Below are positions 1-8,948 of a DNA stretch of 64,000 bases, piece by piece. Under the pieces are notes generated by a model. The model did no database searches. It had not been told where the DNA came from and saw only the letters and a program-made list of their open reading frames with translations. Both the position numbers and the translations under genes were made by a program. Within the stretch, counting starts at the first letter, position 1; the number at the start of each line of letters is the position of its first letter. This stretch comes from an uncultured Anaerolineaceae bacterium (GTDB lineage Bacteria; Chloroflexota; Limnocylindria; Limnocylindrales; CSP1-4): positions 6,886-70,885 of the forward strand of contig CAZVGO010000016.1 in NCBI GenBank assembly GCA_964626755.1, read 5' to 3'.

Positions 1-186
1 GCTGAACCCGCGCGGCCTCGCCCATCACCGCGACCGCTTTGTCAAGGCGATGCGCGCTTGGTACGCGGAGGGCAAGCCGCTCGGCAACTGGACGATCCCA
101 TACCTGCTCCGCCACACGGCATACCACGTGCTCGACCACGCCTGGGAGATGCAGGACCGGGACCTGACGGACGCCTCCGCCGGATG
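1..186 (+). CDS. 3'-terminal fragment of a CDS that begins upstream of the window; hypothetical (DinB/YfiT-like C-terminus?)
   Basis: Frame 1 translates without stops from position 1 to TGA at 184-186: ...WTIPYLLRHTAYHVLDHAWEMQDRDLTDASAG*. Codon usage matches high-GC coding. No domain recognised with confidence. Confidence 0.4.
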
Positions 187-528
187 ACCGCTAGGCGCGA
201 AACAGCGCCGGCGTTGCGGTGGGAGAGCACGCGGTCCCAGGGGCGCGTTGCGGTCGCGCCGAGTCCCGCTGCATCACCGCAGGTCAATCCACAGGTATGG
301 CCGTCGGCTGACTTCCTCGACGATCTCTCCGTCCGGCAGCCGGAAGCGGCTCGCTGCGAGTCTTCTGACACGTTCAGCCGGGCGGTCGACTCACTCGTCC
401 GGGTACTCGTCGTGACGGAGATCGCCCTTACCGGACCGGAGTAACGGTCGGCCGGCTTCTCCTACGGCTCTGGCCGACCCAGCGCCGTCAGGTCGAGCAG
501 AGCTCATTTCTCGTACAGCATGGCGAAA

Positions 529-547
529 TTGGCACCGCATACCGGAT
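529..547 (-). repeat. 19-nt imperfect direct repeat of the 3' end of tRNA-Glu (att-like remnant)
   Basis: ttggCaccgcataccggat at 529..547 versus ttggTaccgcataccggat at 1722..1740 (acceptor 3' strand, CCA and T-stem 3' half of the tRNA-Glu). 18/19 identical and in the same orientation. Confidence 0.6.
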
Positions 548-717
548 GCTTGTCGGTTTGTCTCAGGCCGCCCACGACGCTCAGGTGCGACTGGCGGGAG
601 TCAGATGGGCGGCATGGATCACTCGCCATAATGGTTCAGATAAGGGTGCACCCGCGCCCGTAGTCCATCAGCTGGCCCCCCCGCCTGGACGACGCCTTCC
701 TTCCATCCCAGCGTGCG

Positions 718-1692
718 TCAGGCCGGGCCGGTCATCCAGTCCCCAACCAGCTCGACGTAGGTCTGCGGCGCCTCCACCGGCAGCAGGTGACCGATGCCTT
801 CCACGACCCGGAACTCCCAGGCGGGGTACAGCTCCATGAGCTCGTCCGCGAGGCGGCGCGGGAGGGCGCGATCCTGATCGCCCCACAGCACCAGCGTCGG
901 AGCCTCGATGCGCGCCAGCTCCGCGCGGACCATCCCCTCGTCGACGGTCAGGGCGGCGAGCACCGAGACGGCGGCCTGGATGGCGCCGTCGATCCGCCAC
1001 GGCACACGATAGCGCTCGATCTCCTCGTCGACCAGGGACAGCAGGGCCGGCGAGATGCGGGAGGCATCGGTCCCCATGCGGGCCATGGCTTCGGTCAGCT
1101 GCGGATCGGTCGGGTCGTGGCGCCAGCGGCGCCACAGGCCGGTCTTCAGGCGGATGCCGGCCCGCATCGGGATCCGGGCGAGCCGCGGCGCCAGCCCCAG
1201 CGCGAGGCGCCAGGCCCAAGCGAAGCGCGGCGGATCCGGGCGCCCGGGAAGCGCCGGACTGGTCAGGACGAGGCGCGCCACGCGCTCGGGCTGCCGTGCG
1301 GCGAAGAGCGCGCTCACCAGCGCGCCCATCGAGTGGCCGTGGAGCACCACTCGCTCCAGGTCGAGGGCCTGGCACAGGTCGGCCAGGAAGCGGGCGCCGT
1401 GGTCCGCCCGCCCGGCACGCGGATCGAGCGGCCGGGTGCGACCGGCGCCGGGCAGGTCCGGCGCGATCACCGTGCCGTGGACGGCGAGCGGTCGGATGAC
1501 GTCCATCCACGACCACGAGCCGGCGCCCAGCGGATGCACCAGGAGGTGTGGCGGCGCATCGCGGGGAGCGCCTGCCGCATCGGTCCGCAGGTAGTGGACC
1601 CGGACTCCACCGATGTCGGCGACCTGGCTGATCACCCCCGTCCAGCGCTCGGAACGCTCGCCCCAGTCATACCCGTGCCTGACCCTGACCAT
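718..1692 (-). CDS. alpha/beta hydrolase fold protein
   Basis: 324-aa ORF. Nucleophile elbow HGHSMGALV. N-terminal HPLGAGSWSW segment typical of alpha/beta hydrolases. Confidence 0.8.
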   Translation of the reverse strand: MVRVRHGYDWGERSERWTGVISQVADIGGVRVHYLRTDAAGAPRDAPPHLLVHPLGAGSWSWMDVIRPLAVHGTVIAPDLPGAGRTRPLDPRAGRADHGARFLADLCQALDLERVVLHGHSMGALVSALFAARQPERVARLVLTSPALPGRPDPPRFAWAWRLALGLAPRLARIPMRAGIRLKTGLWRRWRHDPTDPQLTEAMARMGTDASRISPALLSLVDEEIERYRVPWRIDGAIQAAVSVLAALTVDEGMVRAELARIEAPTLVLWGDQDRALPRRLADELMELYPAWEFRVVEGIGHLLPVEAPQTYVELVGDWMTGPA

Positions 1693-1722
1693 GAGGGCAC
1701 GTTAGCGCGAGATGTTGTGTCT

Positions 1723-1799
1723 TGGTACCGCATACCGGATTCGAACCGGTGATCTCCGCCTTGAGAGGGCGGTGTCCTGGGCCTCTAGACGAATGCGGC
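1723..1799 (-). tRNA. tRNA-Glu (anticodon CUC)
   Basis: Reverse complement reads GCCGCATTCGTCTAGAGGCCCAGGACACCGCCCTCTCAAGGCGGAGATCACCGGTTCGAATCCGGTATGCGGTACCA. Acceptor stem, D-loop TCTAGAGG, anticodon loop CTCTCAA, T-loop GGTTCGAATCC and CCA are all present. Confidence 0.85.
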
Positions 1800-1855
1800 T
1801 TGGGTGACCGGCCGGAATGGTACCAAGCCTCCGCGTGAAGCCGCAACCGCGCGAC

Positions 1856-2745
1856 CTACAGGCGGTGCGTCTCGAGGAACCCGCGGATCGACTCGGCCAC
1901 CTGCAGGTAGCCGTGCTCGGCAAGGACCAGGCCGTAGTGCGAGTGCGCCCCGAACGGCTCGTAGTCCGCGCCGAGCCAGTCAGCGAGCCTCTCCGAGCCG
2001 CCCTCCGGAACGTGACGGTCCAGTCCCGCTCCGATGACGAGCTTCGGGATCCCGCCGAACACCGTCCGGTCGACGGACACGCCCTGGAGCATCTGCCGGC
2101 GCGCGGCCCCGGACTCGTGCGGCTTCTGGCCGAGGAGATGCTGGATCCGCAGCACGTCCCCGATCGTCAGGTCGCGATGGTCGCGCTGGAGCTTCTCGGG
2201 CAGTGTCGCCCAGCCGATCGTGGCCTTGCCGTAGACGTCCGGGATTTCGCGCAGCTCGTGTGTACGCGGGGACATCCGGAGGTCGCGCGGCAGCTCCGAC
2301 GAGAGCAGGATCAGCGCGGAGATCGGGAGGCGCTCGGCGGCTTTCATCGCGAGCAGGCCGCCCATCCCGTGGCCGACAGCGACTGTCGTCGGGCCGAGTC
2401 GCGCCATCGCCGCGACCACGTCCTCCGTATAGGTCTCGAACGACAGCTCGGCCGGGTCCGCCGTCTGCGACCAGAAGTGGTTGCGCAGGTTGAGGGCATG
2501 ACCCTCCCAGCCGCGGCCTGCGAAGAAGCCGAGGAAGCGCTCCCAGACCCACGATCCTGCGAGCTCGCCGTGGACGAACAGGATCGGCTTTCGTCGCGAG
2601 CGGCGCTCGGGCAGCCACGACTCGATATACAGGCCGCGGTCGTGGATCTCGATCTCGTCCTTCCGGACCGGTCGGCCGTTGACCGCGGGGGCCTGGGCGC
2701 GGGCGAGGATCTGGTCGGGAGTCGTCTCGGGCATCCGGTTCACCA
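1856..2745 (-). CDS. alpha/beta hydrolase (start trimmed to MVNRM; the upstream Arg/Gly-rich extension of the 659-aa ORF looks spurious)
   Basis: ILFVHGELAGSWVWERF, followed by the nucleophile elbow GHGMGGLLA. The extension in the ORF track is low-complexity and overlaps the next gene. Confidence 0.75.
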
Positions 2746-4056
2746 TTCGTGGGGGTTGATCAGCAAGCCGGTCAGGGGCTTGGGATAGAAGTAGGTCGAC
2801 TTCTGGGGCATCACGTCGCGGTCCGCGGCCACGGCGACGATCGATGCGACGGGAGTCGGCTCGAGGAGGAAGGCGGCGTCGGCGGCCGTTGGATCGTCCA
2901 TGCCCCGGTCGACAAGTCCGAGGGCCTCCACAGCCGACTTCGTGTAGCTCACCCGGTCGCCGGCGCCGACCGCACCCGGGTCGATCCCGAACAGCCGCTC
3001 CAGTGCGACGCCGAGGAGCGTCACGTCCAGGCCGCGGAGCGCCGCGCCGCCCGGCGGCAGCGATGACTCGAATGCCTCCTTGCGCGCGGTCAACATCGCG
3101 CCGCCGGACCTCGTCCACAGCCCGAAGCGCCCCCGCCCGCCCGGCCCGGAGGCGGCCCCGAAGGCCTCGCTGAGGGCCTCGCGCGATGCGGGCTCCACGT
3201 CGAACAGGACCGCCGCCGCCTCGCGGGCGTCGGCGGTCCCGAGGCCGCGCACCAGCCGGTGTGTCGGCAGGACCGTGAGCGGCTCGGAGGCCGCATCGAG
3301 GAACAGCATCAGGAGGTAGTCGAACGGGGGATCCTCCTCGCACGACCGGGCCATCCGGCGCTCGTCCCGATAGCGCAGGGCGGTCTCGTAGCGGTGGTGG
3401 CCGTCGGCGATCGTGATCGGGCCCGCACCCGCCAGGCCGGCCAGCTTCGTCGCCGGGCCGCCCACCCCGGAGTCGTCCGTTACGGTCCACAGCCGGTGTC
3501 GAACGCCGTCGTCGTCCCTGACCTCGATGTCCGGTGGCGTCGCCGCAGCGGCCTCGAGGAGTCGCTTGGCAGTTCCCGTCGGGTCGCGGTACAGGCCAAC
3601 CACGGGACTCGTGTTCACGCCGGTGGCCCGGAGGAGGCGGTAGCGATCCTCCTTCGGGGCATCGAGGGTGCGTTCGTGGGGCAGCACGGAGCCCTCGCCC
3701 GGCGCCTCGAGGCGGAGCCGGCCGAAGAACCCGCGCTGGGTCCGTTCCGTGGCGGTTCCGGGCACGACGTAGGTCTGCTCGTAGACATAGATCGAGGGCC
3801 GCGCGTCCTTGTGGAGCGTCCCGTCCGACCGCCACGTGGCGAGCGTCCGGGCCGCCCGCCGGTAGCGCTCCTCGGCTTCCTCGCCGGCTTCCGCCTCGGG
3901 CAGGTCGAGCCGGACGACGTTTCGGGGGTGCCGGCCGAGGAGACGGCGCTGCTCATCCGGGGAGATGACGTCGTACGGCGGGCTGAGGACGAGCGACAGG
4001 TCCCCCACGGCCTCGGGGCGGAAGCGGAGCGCGCGAAACGGGCGGACGTGGGGCAC
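2740..4056 (-). CDS. DUF1015 family protein
   Basis: 438 aa with the characteristic IADGHHR motif and overall DUF1015 architecture. Confidence 0.8.
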   Translation of the reverse strand: MPHVRPFRALRFRPEAVGDLSLVLSPPYDVISPDEQRRLLGRHPRNVVRLDLPEAEAGEEAEERYRRAARTLATWRSDGTLHKDARPSIYVYEQTYVVPGTATERTQRGFFGRLRLEAPGEGSVLPHERTLDAPKEDRYRLLRATGVNTSPVVGLYRDPTGTAKRLLEAAAATPPDIEVRDDDGVRHRLWTVTDDSGVGGPATKLAGLAGAGPITIADGHHRYETALRYRDERRMARSCEEDPPFDYLLMLFLDAASEPLTVLPTHRLVRGLGTADAREAAAVLFDVEPASREALSEAFGAASGPGGRGRFGLWTRSGGAMLTARKEAFESSLPPGGAALRGLDVTLLGVALERLFGIDPGAVGAGDRVSYTKSAVEALGLVDRGMDDPTAADAAFLLEPTPVASIVAVAADRDVMPQKSTYFYPKPLTGLLINPHEW

Positions 4057-4229
4057 GGGCTCCTCGGGTGGGCCGCCGCCAAGGGAGCGGGGACGCGCTC
4101 ATAAGGGGCGGGGTGCCGGGGCATCGTACGATAGCCGGCGGACGGGACGCCACCCTCCGCGCAACTTTTCGACGGGTCGGGGCGTCGGGGATGCCGACCG
4201 ACCCTGCCGTACCCTGCCCAGGAGGGCTT

Positions 4230-6758
4230 GTGCTCCGCTCCGCGTCGATCGCGACTCCCGGTCCAGGCTCCAGGCGGGCGCGGAGCGCCCTCGTCGCGCT
4301 CGCGGCGGGCCTGCTGCTCCTGGGTCAGGTCTGCCTGCCGGTTCGTGCCGCGGAAGCCCTCGTCGTGGACGCGGCGGTCATGCTCGACGGCCACGCCCGG
4401 GCCGGTTCGTGGATGGCGATCAATGTCCATCTCGTGAACGACGGTCCGGCGCTCGTGGGCGAGTTGCGGCTCTCCGGCGGGGCGACGGGCCGGACCCGCT
4501 TCGGCATCCCGGTCGACCTGCCCACGACGTCCGGCAAGGACTACGTGCTCTATGCCCAGCCACCCCAGTTCGGGGGCACGATCGACGTGACGCTTGTCGC
4601 GGACGGCCAGACGGTCGTGAAGAAGACCGTCACGTTCACGGTCCACGACCCGGGCCAGCTCGTCGTGGGCGTGGTTGCCGAGCGGCCGGAGCGGATCGTG
4701 CCGAAGCTCGACCTCCTGCCTTCGGCCAACGGGGCGCTGCCGGCCGTCGTCACCCTCGGGATCGAGGATCTGCCCGAACGCGTCGAGGCGTGGGCGCCGA
4801 TCGACCGCCTGATCTGGCAGGACGTTGACGCCAACCTGATGTCCGCGGGCCAGATCTCGGCGCTGCGCGGGTGGCTCGCCGCCGGCGGGCGCCTGATCGT
4901 GGCGGGGGGAACAGCCGGACCGGCCGTCCTGTCCGCCTTCCCGGACGACCTCCTCCCCTACCGACCCACGGCCACGCTGGACATCCCCCCGGCAAGCATC
5001 GCCGGGCTCATCGGTCAGCTCCCCGCGGACGCGGCCGACCTGCCGGCGCTCGGCGGCGAGCTCGTTCGCGGCCGGGCCCTCGCGACGAGCGGCGACCGGG
5101 TGATCGCCGCGGAGGCGTCCTACGGCAGCGGGATCGTGACCGTGCTCGGGTTCGACCCGTCGACGAGCTGGATCGCCGACTCGCGCGAGACCGACTCCTT
5201 CTGGCGCGGCTTCCTCCCGCCCCGACAGGGCAGCGCCATCGTCACCGGCGACGACGGCCAGCTCGTGAGCGCCGTCTCCCAGCTTCCCGAGCTGGCCCTG
5301 CCTTCGATCGCCGGCCTCCTCGCCCTCCTGTTCGGCTACATCCTGCTCATCGGGCCGGTCAACTACCTGGTCCTCAAGCGGCTCGACCGGCGTGAGTGGG
5401 CGTGGGTCACGATGCCCGTCCTCATCGCCGCCTTTGTCGCCGGCTCGTACGGTCTCGGCGCCGCGGTGCGCGGCCTCGACGTGATCCTCAACGAGGTTGC
5501 GATCGTCCGCGGGGCGCCTGACGCGACCGAAGGGACCGCCCAGGTCTACCTCGGGGTCTTCTCCCCCTCCCGCGGGACCTACCAGATCGAGGTCCAGGGC
5601 GGGGCGCTTCTGTCCTCGACGCTGACGGGCGACTTCGTAAACAGCGGGGATGGGGGCGGGCTCGACGTCCTGCAGGGCGATCCGGCCCGGATCCGCGACC
5701 TGGTCGTGGGTTTCGGGTCGCTCCGAACCGTGAGGGCGGAGACCACCGCCGTCGTCCCGCGCATCACCGCCGACCTCCGCCTGGTCGAGGGCACCCTGAG
5801 GGGCACGATCACAAACCTGTCCGACCAGCCCCTCGAGAAGCCGGCGATCGTGCTCGGCGGATCCGTCGCGGTCCTCAAGGACCTCGCGCCCGGCGCCTCG
5901 CAGACGGTCTCGCTGGTGCTGCGGCGCAACAACAACTTCGGCGAGTCGCTGTCGAACAAGATCCTCGGCGCCGTGTTCTTCGGCGACCCAACCGGCACCT
6001 CGAGGAACACCCAGCGCAACATCGTCCGCCACGCGGTGATCGACCAGCTGACGTTCGACCCGACCTTCGGCCCGACCGGCCAGCTCCCGGCCGAGAACCC
6101 GGTCCTGCTCGCGTGGGGCAGCCGCCAGGTTCTCGACGTGACGGTCTCCGGCCAGGAGCCGCGCCGGACCGGCAATGTCCTGTTCTACATCCCGCTGTTG
6201 ATGCGGGTCCAGGGCGCCACCGCATTCGACACGGACCTGATCCGGAGCAGCGTCGTCGAGATGGACTCCCAGTTCTTCAGCAAGGATCCCGCCTCGCTGA
6301 GCATGGGCCGGGGATCGGTGACGATGGCCTACCGGCCCATCGCCTTCGAGGGCCGGCTGACGGCCAAGCGGGTGATCATCGGAATGGGCTTCGGAGGCGA
6401 CATCGCGATCGGCGGCGGCCAGCCCAAGGGGCTCGAGCCCATGAAGCCCCAGCCATGCCGCGACGAGCCGGCCGATGATCCCGATTGCGCGGAGCCCGAG
6501 CCGATCGCCTGCGACCCGAACACCCAGGACTGCGGCCGGTTCTTCGACGGCATCCCGGAGGTCGAGGTGTTCGACCGGACGGGCGCCGGGAGCTGGGTGC
6601 GGATGAAGCACCTGGCGATGGGGAGCACGTACGATCTGGCCGATCCGGAGCGCTACGTCGACCCGGCCAGCGGGACACTCCTCATCCGGTTCGTCAACGA
6701 CAAGCAGGAAGGCGTCGGGTTCTCGTTCCAGGTCCGGATCGAAGGAGACGTCAGTTGA
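4230..6758 (+). CDS. large secreted/membrane protein (~842 aa) with a central TM hairpin and a C-terminal Cys-rich module. First gene of the ABC-2/MoxR operon.
   Basis: GTG at 4230 preceded by GGAGGG. N-terminal signal/TM LVALAAGLLLLGQVCLPVRAAEA. Hydrophobic pair around LALPSIAGLLALLFGYILLIGPVNYLVL...WVTMPVLIAAFVAGSYGLGAA. Six Cys in the last ~110 aa. No family recognised. Confidence 0.6.
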   Translation: MLRSASIATPGPGSRRARSALVALAAGLLLLGQVCLPVRAAEALVVDAAVMLDGHARAGSWMAINVHLVNDGPALVGELRLSGGATGRTRFGIPVDLPTTSGKDYVLYAQPPQFGGTIDVTLVADGQTVVKKTVTFTVHDPGQLVVGVVAERPERIVPKLDLLPSANGALPAVVTLGIEDLPERVEAWAPIDRLIWQDVDANLMSAGQISALRGWLAAGGRLIVAGGTAGPAVLSAFPDDLLPYRPTATLDIPPASIAGLIGQLPADAADLPALGGELVRGRALATSGDRVIAAEASYGSGIVTVLGFDPSTSWIADSRETDSFWRGFLPPRQGSAIVTGDDGQLVSAVSQLPELALPSIAGLLALLFGYILLIGPVNYLVLKRLDRREWAWVTMPVLIAAFVAGSYGLGAAVRGLDVILNEVAIVRGAPDATEGTAQVYLGVFSPSRGTYQIEVQGGALLSSTLTGDFVNSGDGGGLDVLQGDPARIRDLVVGFGSLRTVRAETTAVVPRITADLRLVEGTLRGTITNLSDQPLEKPAIVLGGSVAVLKDLAPGASQTVSLVLRRNNNFGESLSNKILGAVFFGDPTGTSRNTQRNIVRHAVIDQLTFDPTFGPTGQLPAENPVLLAWGSRQVLDVTVSGQEPRRTGNVLFYIPLLMRVQGATAFDTDLIRSSVVEMDSQFFSKDPASLSMGRGSVTMAYRPIAFEGRLTAKRVIIGMGFGGDIAIGGGQPKGLEPMKPQPCRDEPADDPDCAEPEPIACDPNTQDCGRFFDGIPEVEVFDRTGAGSWVRMKHLAMGSTYDLADPERYVDPASGTLLIRFVNDKQEGVGFSFQVRIEGDVS

Positions 6759-7714
6759 GCGTGATCGTCAGGACCGAGGGGCTCGTCAAGCGATACGACC
6801 GGACGCTCGCCGTCGCGGGCATCGACCTCTCGATCGAGGAGGGCGAGATCTTCGGGCTCGTCGGCCCGAACGGGGCCGGCAAGACCACGACCCTGCGGAT
6901 CCTGGCCACGCTCCTGGAGCCGACGGCGGGCGACGCGGAGATCGCCGGGGAGTCCGTCCGGCGGAACCCGTCAGCGGTCCGGCGCGTCCTCGGTTTCATG
7001 CCGGACGTGTTCGGGGTGTACGACGACATGAAGGTCTGGGAGTACCTCGATTTCTTCGCCCGGTGCTACGGAATCCCGGCCCCCCGGCGCCGCCAGATGA
7101 TCGGCGACCTGCTCGAGCTGGTCGATCTCGCCGACAAGCGCGAGAGCTACGTCCAGGGCCTGTCGCGCGGGATGCAGCAGCGGCTGTGCCTCGCCCACAC
7201 CCTCGTTCACGACCCCAGGGTGCTGGTCCTCGACGAGCCGGCCTCCGGGCTGGACCCGCGGGCCCGGGTGGAGCTGCGCGAGCTCCTCCGCGAGCTCCGC
7301 AACCTCGGCAAGACGATCGTCATCAGCAGCCACATCCTGCCGGAGCTTGAGGAGCTCTGCACGAGCGTGGCCATTGTCGACCGCGGCGCCGTCCTGGCCC
7401 ACGGGAAGGTCGCCGACATCGAGCGCCGGCTGCGGGCCGGGGCGGTCCTCCGGGTTCGGGTGGTCGGCGGCCACGCGGCGATCGAGGCGGCTCGCGCCCA
7501 TTTCGCGGCCGACCCGCGAGTCGCCTCCGCGGCGATCCTCGACGACGGTACGGTGGAGCTCGGGTTCCGCGGCGACGACGCCCAGTCGGCCCGGCTCCTC
7601 GCCGCGGCGGTCGGGGCGGGTATCGAGATCTCCAGCTTCGCCCGGGCCGCGAGCGACCTCGAGGAGCTGTTCCTCCAGGTGACCGCGCGCGAGCCCGTTA
7701 CGGCCGTGGCATGA
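6755..7714 (+). CDS. ABC transporter ATP-binding protein (ABC-2 type)
   Basis: Walker A GPNGAGKTT, signature LSRGMQQRL, Walker B VLVLDEPASGLD. TTG/GTG start overlaps the upstream stop, with GAAGGAG upstream. Confidence 0.85.
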   Translation: MSVIVRTEGLVKRYDRTLAVAGIDLSIEEGEIFGLVGPNGAGKTTTLRILATLLEPTAGDAEIAGESVRRNPSAVRRVLGFMPDVFGVYDDMKVWEYLDFFARCYGIPAPRRRQMIGDLLELVDLADKRESYVQGLSRGMQQRLCLAHTLVHDPRVLVLDEPASGLDPRARVELRELLRELRNLGKTIVISSHILPELEELCTSVAIVDRGAVLAHGKVADIERRLRAGAVLRVRVVGGHAAIEAARAHFAADPRVASAAILDDGTVELGFRGDDAQSARLLAAAVGAGIEISSFARAASDLEELFLQVTAREPVTAVA

Positions 7715-7724
7715 GGGCGACGCG

Positions 7725-8948
7725 ATGAGCGACAGTCTTCCGATGACCGCTCCCCTGCCGTCCGACGACGAGGTGAGCCCCACCGTGGAGCTCGACCGGG
7801 CCGCCGGCGTGGCGCCCGCGGCCACCCAGGTTGTCCGCACGCGTCGCCGGCTCGGCCGGCCGCGCCCCGCGCTCCGCGACGGACTCCGCACCGCGTTCGC
7901 GGGCTTCACCGCGATCGGGGTGAAGGAGCTGCGGGGCCGGATGCGCGGCCGGCGCGCGTTCGTGATCCTGACGGTCTACCTGCTCCTGCTGGCCACGTTC
8001 GCGTGGATGATGGAGATGATCCTCGAGCAACGCTTCGGGCGCGGCCTGGCCGGCTCGGCCGCCTTCGCGTCGGCCCAGATCGGGGCCGGGATCTTCACCG
8101 CCCTGCTGATGCTCGAGACGCTGCTCGTCGTCGCACTGGCGCCGGCGTTCACCGCCGGTGCGATCAGCCTCGAGCGCGAGAAGCAGACGCTGGACCTGCT
8201 CGCGACGACGCCGATCTCGTCGCTCTCGATCGTCGTCGGCAAGCTCCTCAGCGCGCTGACCTACCTGTTCATCCTGATCTTCGCCTCGATCCCGATGACG
8301 GCAGTCGTGTTCGTGTTCGGCGGGGTGTCCCCGGACGACGTCGTGCGCGGCTACGTCGTGCTCTTCGCGACGGCCATCGGGCTGGGATCAGTTGGCCTGT
8401 TCTTCTCCGCGCTCATGAAGCGGACCCAGGCGGCAACGATCGCCACGTACTTCGGGGTCCTGTTCGTGACCCTCGGCTCGTTCTTCATCTTCTACTTCTG
8501 GAACACGATGACCGACGGCTCCGGCACGATCGGGCGCGGCTTCGGCCCGTTCCAGGGCCGGCCGCCCGAGGCGCTCGTCTATCTCAACCCCTATTACGCC
8601 CAGGCGGATGTCATCTGCGGCGTGGAGAACGGCTTCGGCGACTGGTGCTCGCAGATCGCCTACGTCACGGATCGGTCGATGTTCGGCGGGCCGTTCTCAC
8701 CGCCGGTGGTCCAGCCCGTGCCGCAGCCCGGCATCGATGCGGGACTCGGCCGGGGGGTCATCAACGACGTCGTCCCGCAGCCGTTCGGCGTGGTCCGTGA
8801 CAGCTTCTGGCCGAAGAGTGCGATCTCCTGGCTGGTGCTGTCGGTCGTCCTCCTCTTCGCCTCCGTCCAGCTCGTCAGTCCAACCCGTCGCTGGCGCCCG
8901 CAGCTTCCGGGCTTCCTGCGCCGCTCGTCCCGGAGGAACCCTGCGTGA
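7725..8948 (+). CDS. ABC-2 family transporter permease
   Basis: 407 aa with multiple hydrophobic helices. Starts 10 nt after the ATPase gene. Confidence 0.75.
   Translation: MSDSLPMTAPLPSDDEVSPTVELDRAAGVAPAATQVVRTRRRLGRPRPALRDGLRTAFAGFTAIGVKELRGRMRGRRAFVILTVYLLLLATFAWMMEMILEQRFGRGLAGSAAFASAQIGAGIFTALLMLETLLVVALAPAFTAGAISLEREKQTLDLLATTPISSLSIVVGKLLSALTYLFILIFASIPMTAVVFVFGGVSPDDVVRGYVVLFATAIGLGSVGLFFSALMKRTQAATIATYFGVLFVTLGSFFIFYFWNTMTDGSGTIGRGFGPFQGRPPEALVYLNPYYAQADVICGVENGFGDWCSQIAYVTDRSMFGGPFSPPVVQPVPQPGIDAGLGRGVINDVVPQPFGVVRDSFWPKSAISWLVLSVVLLFASVQLVSPTRRWRPQLPGFLRRSSRRNPA

Noticed and set aside
1856-3835. 659-aa ORF as a single protein
   Set aside because: Only the C-terminal ~296 aa form an alpha/beta hydrolase. 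The N-terminal part is Arg/Gly/Pro low-complexity typical of wrong-frame GC-rich sequence, and it overlaps the well-supported DUF1015 gene. Trimmed to 1856..2745.
3615-6611. 998-aa minus-strand ORF
   Set aside because: It is antisense to the DUF1015 gene and to the large secreted protein gene. Composition is Arg/Gly/Pro-rich with no motifs, the classic high-GC shadow ORF.
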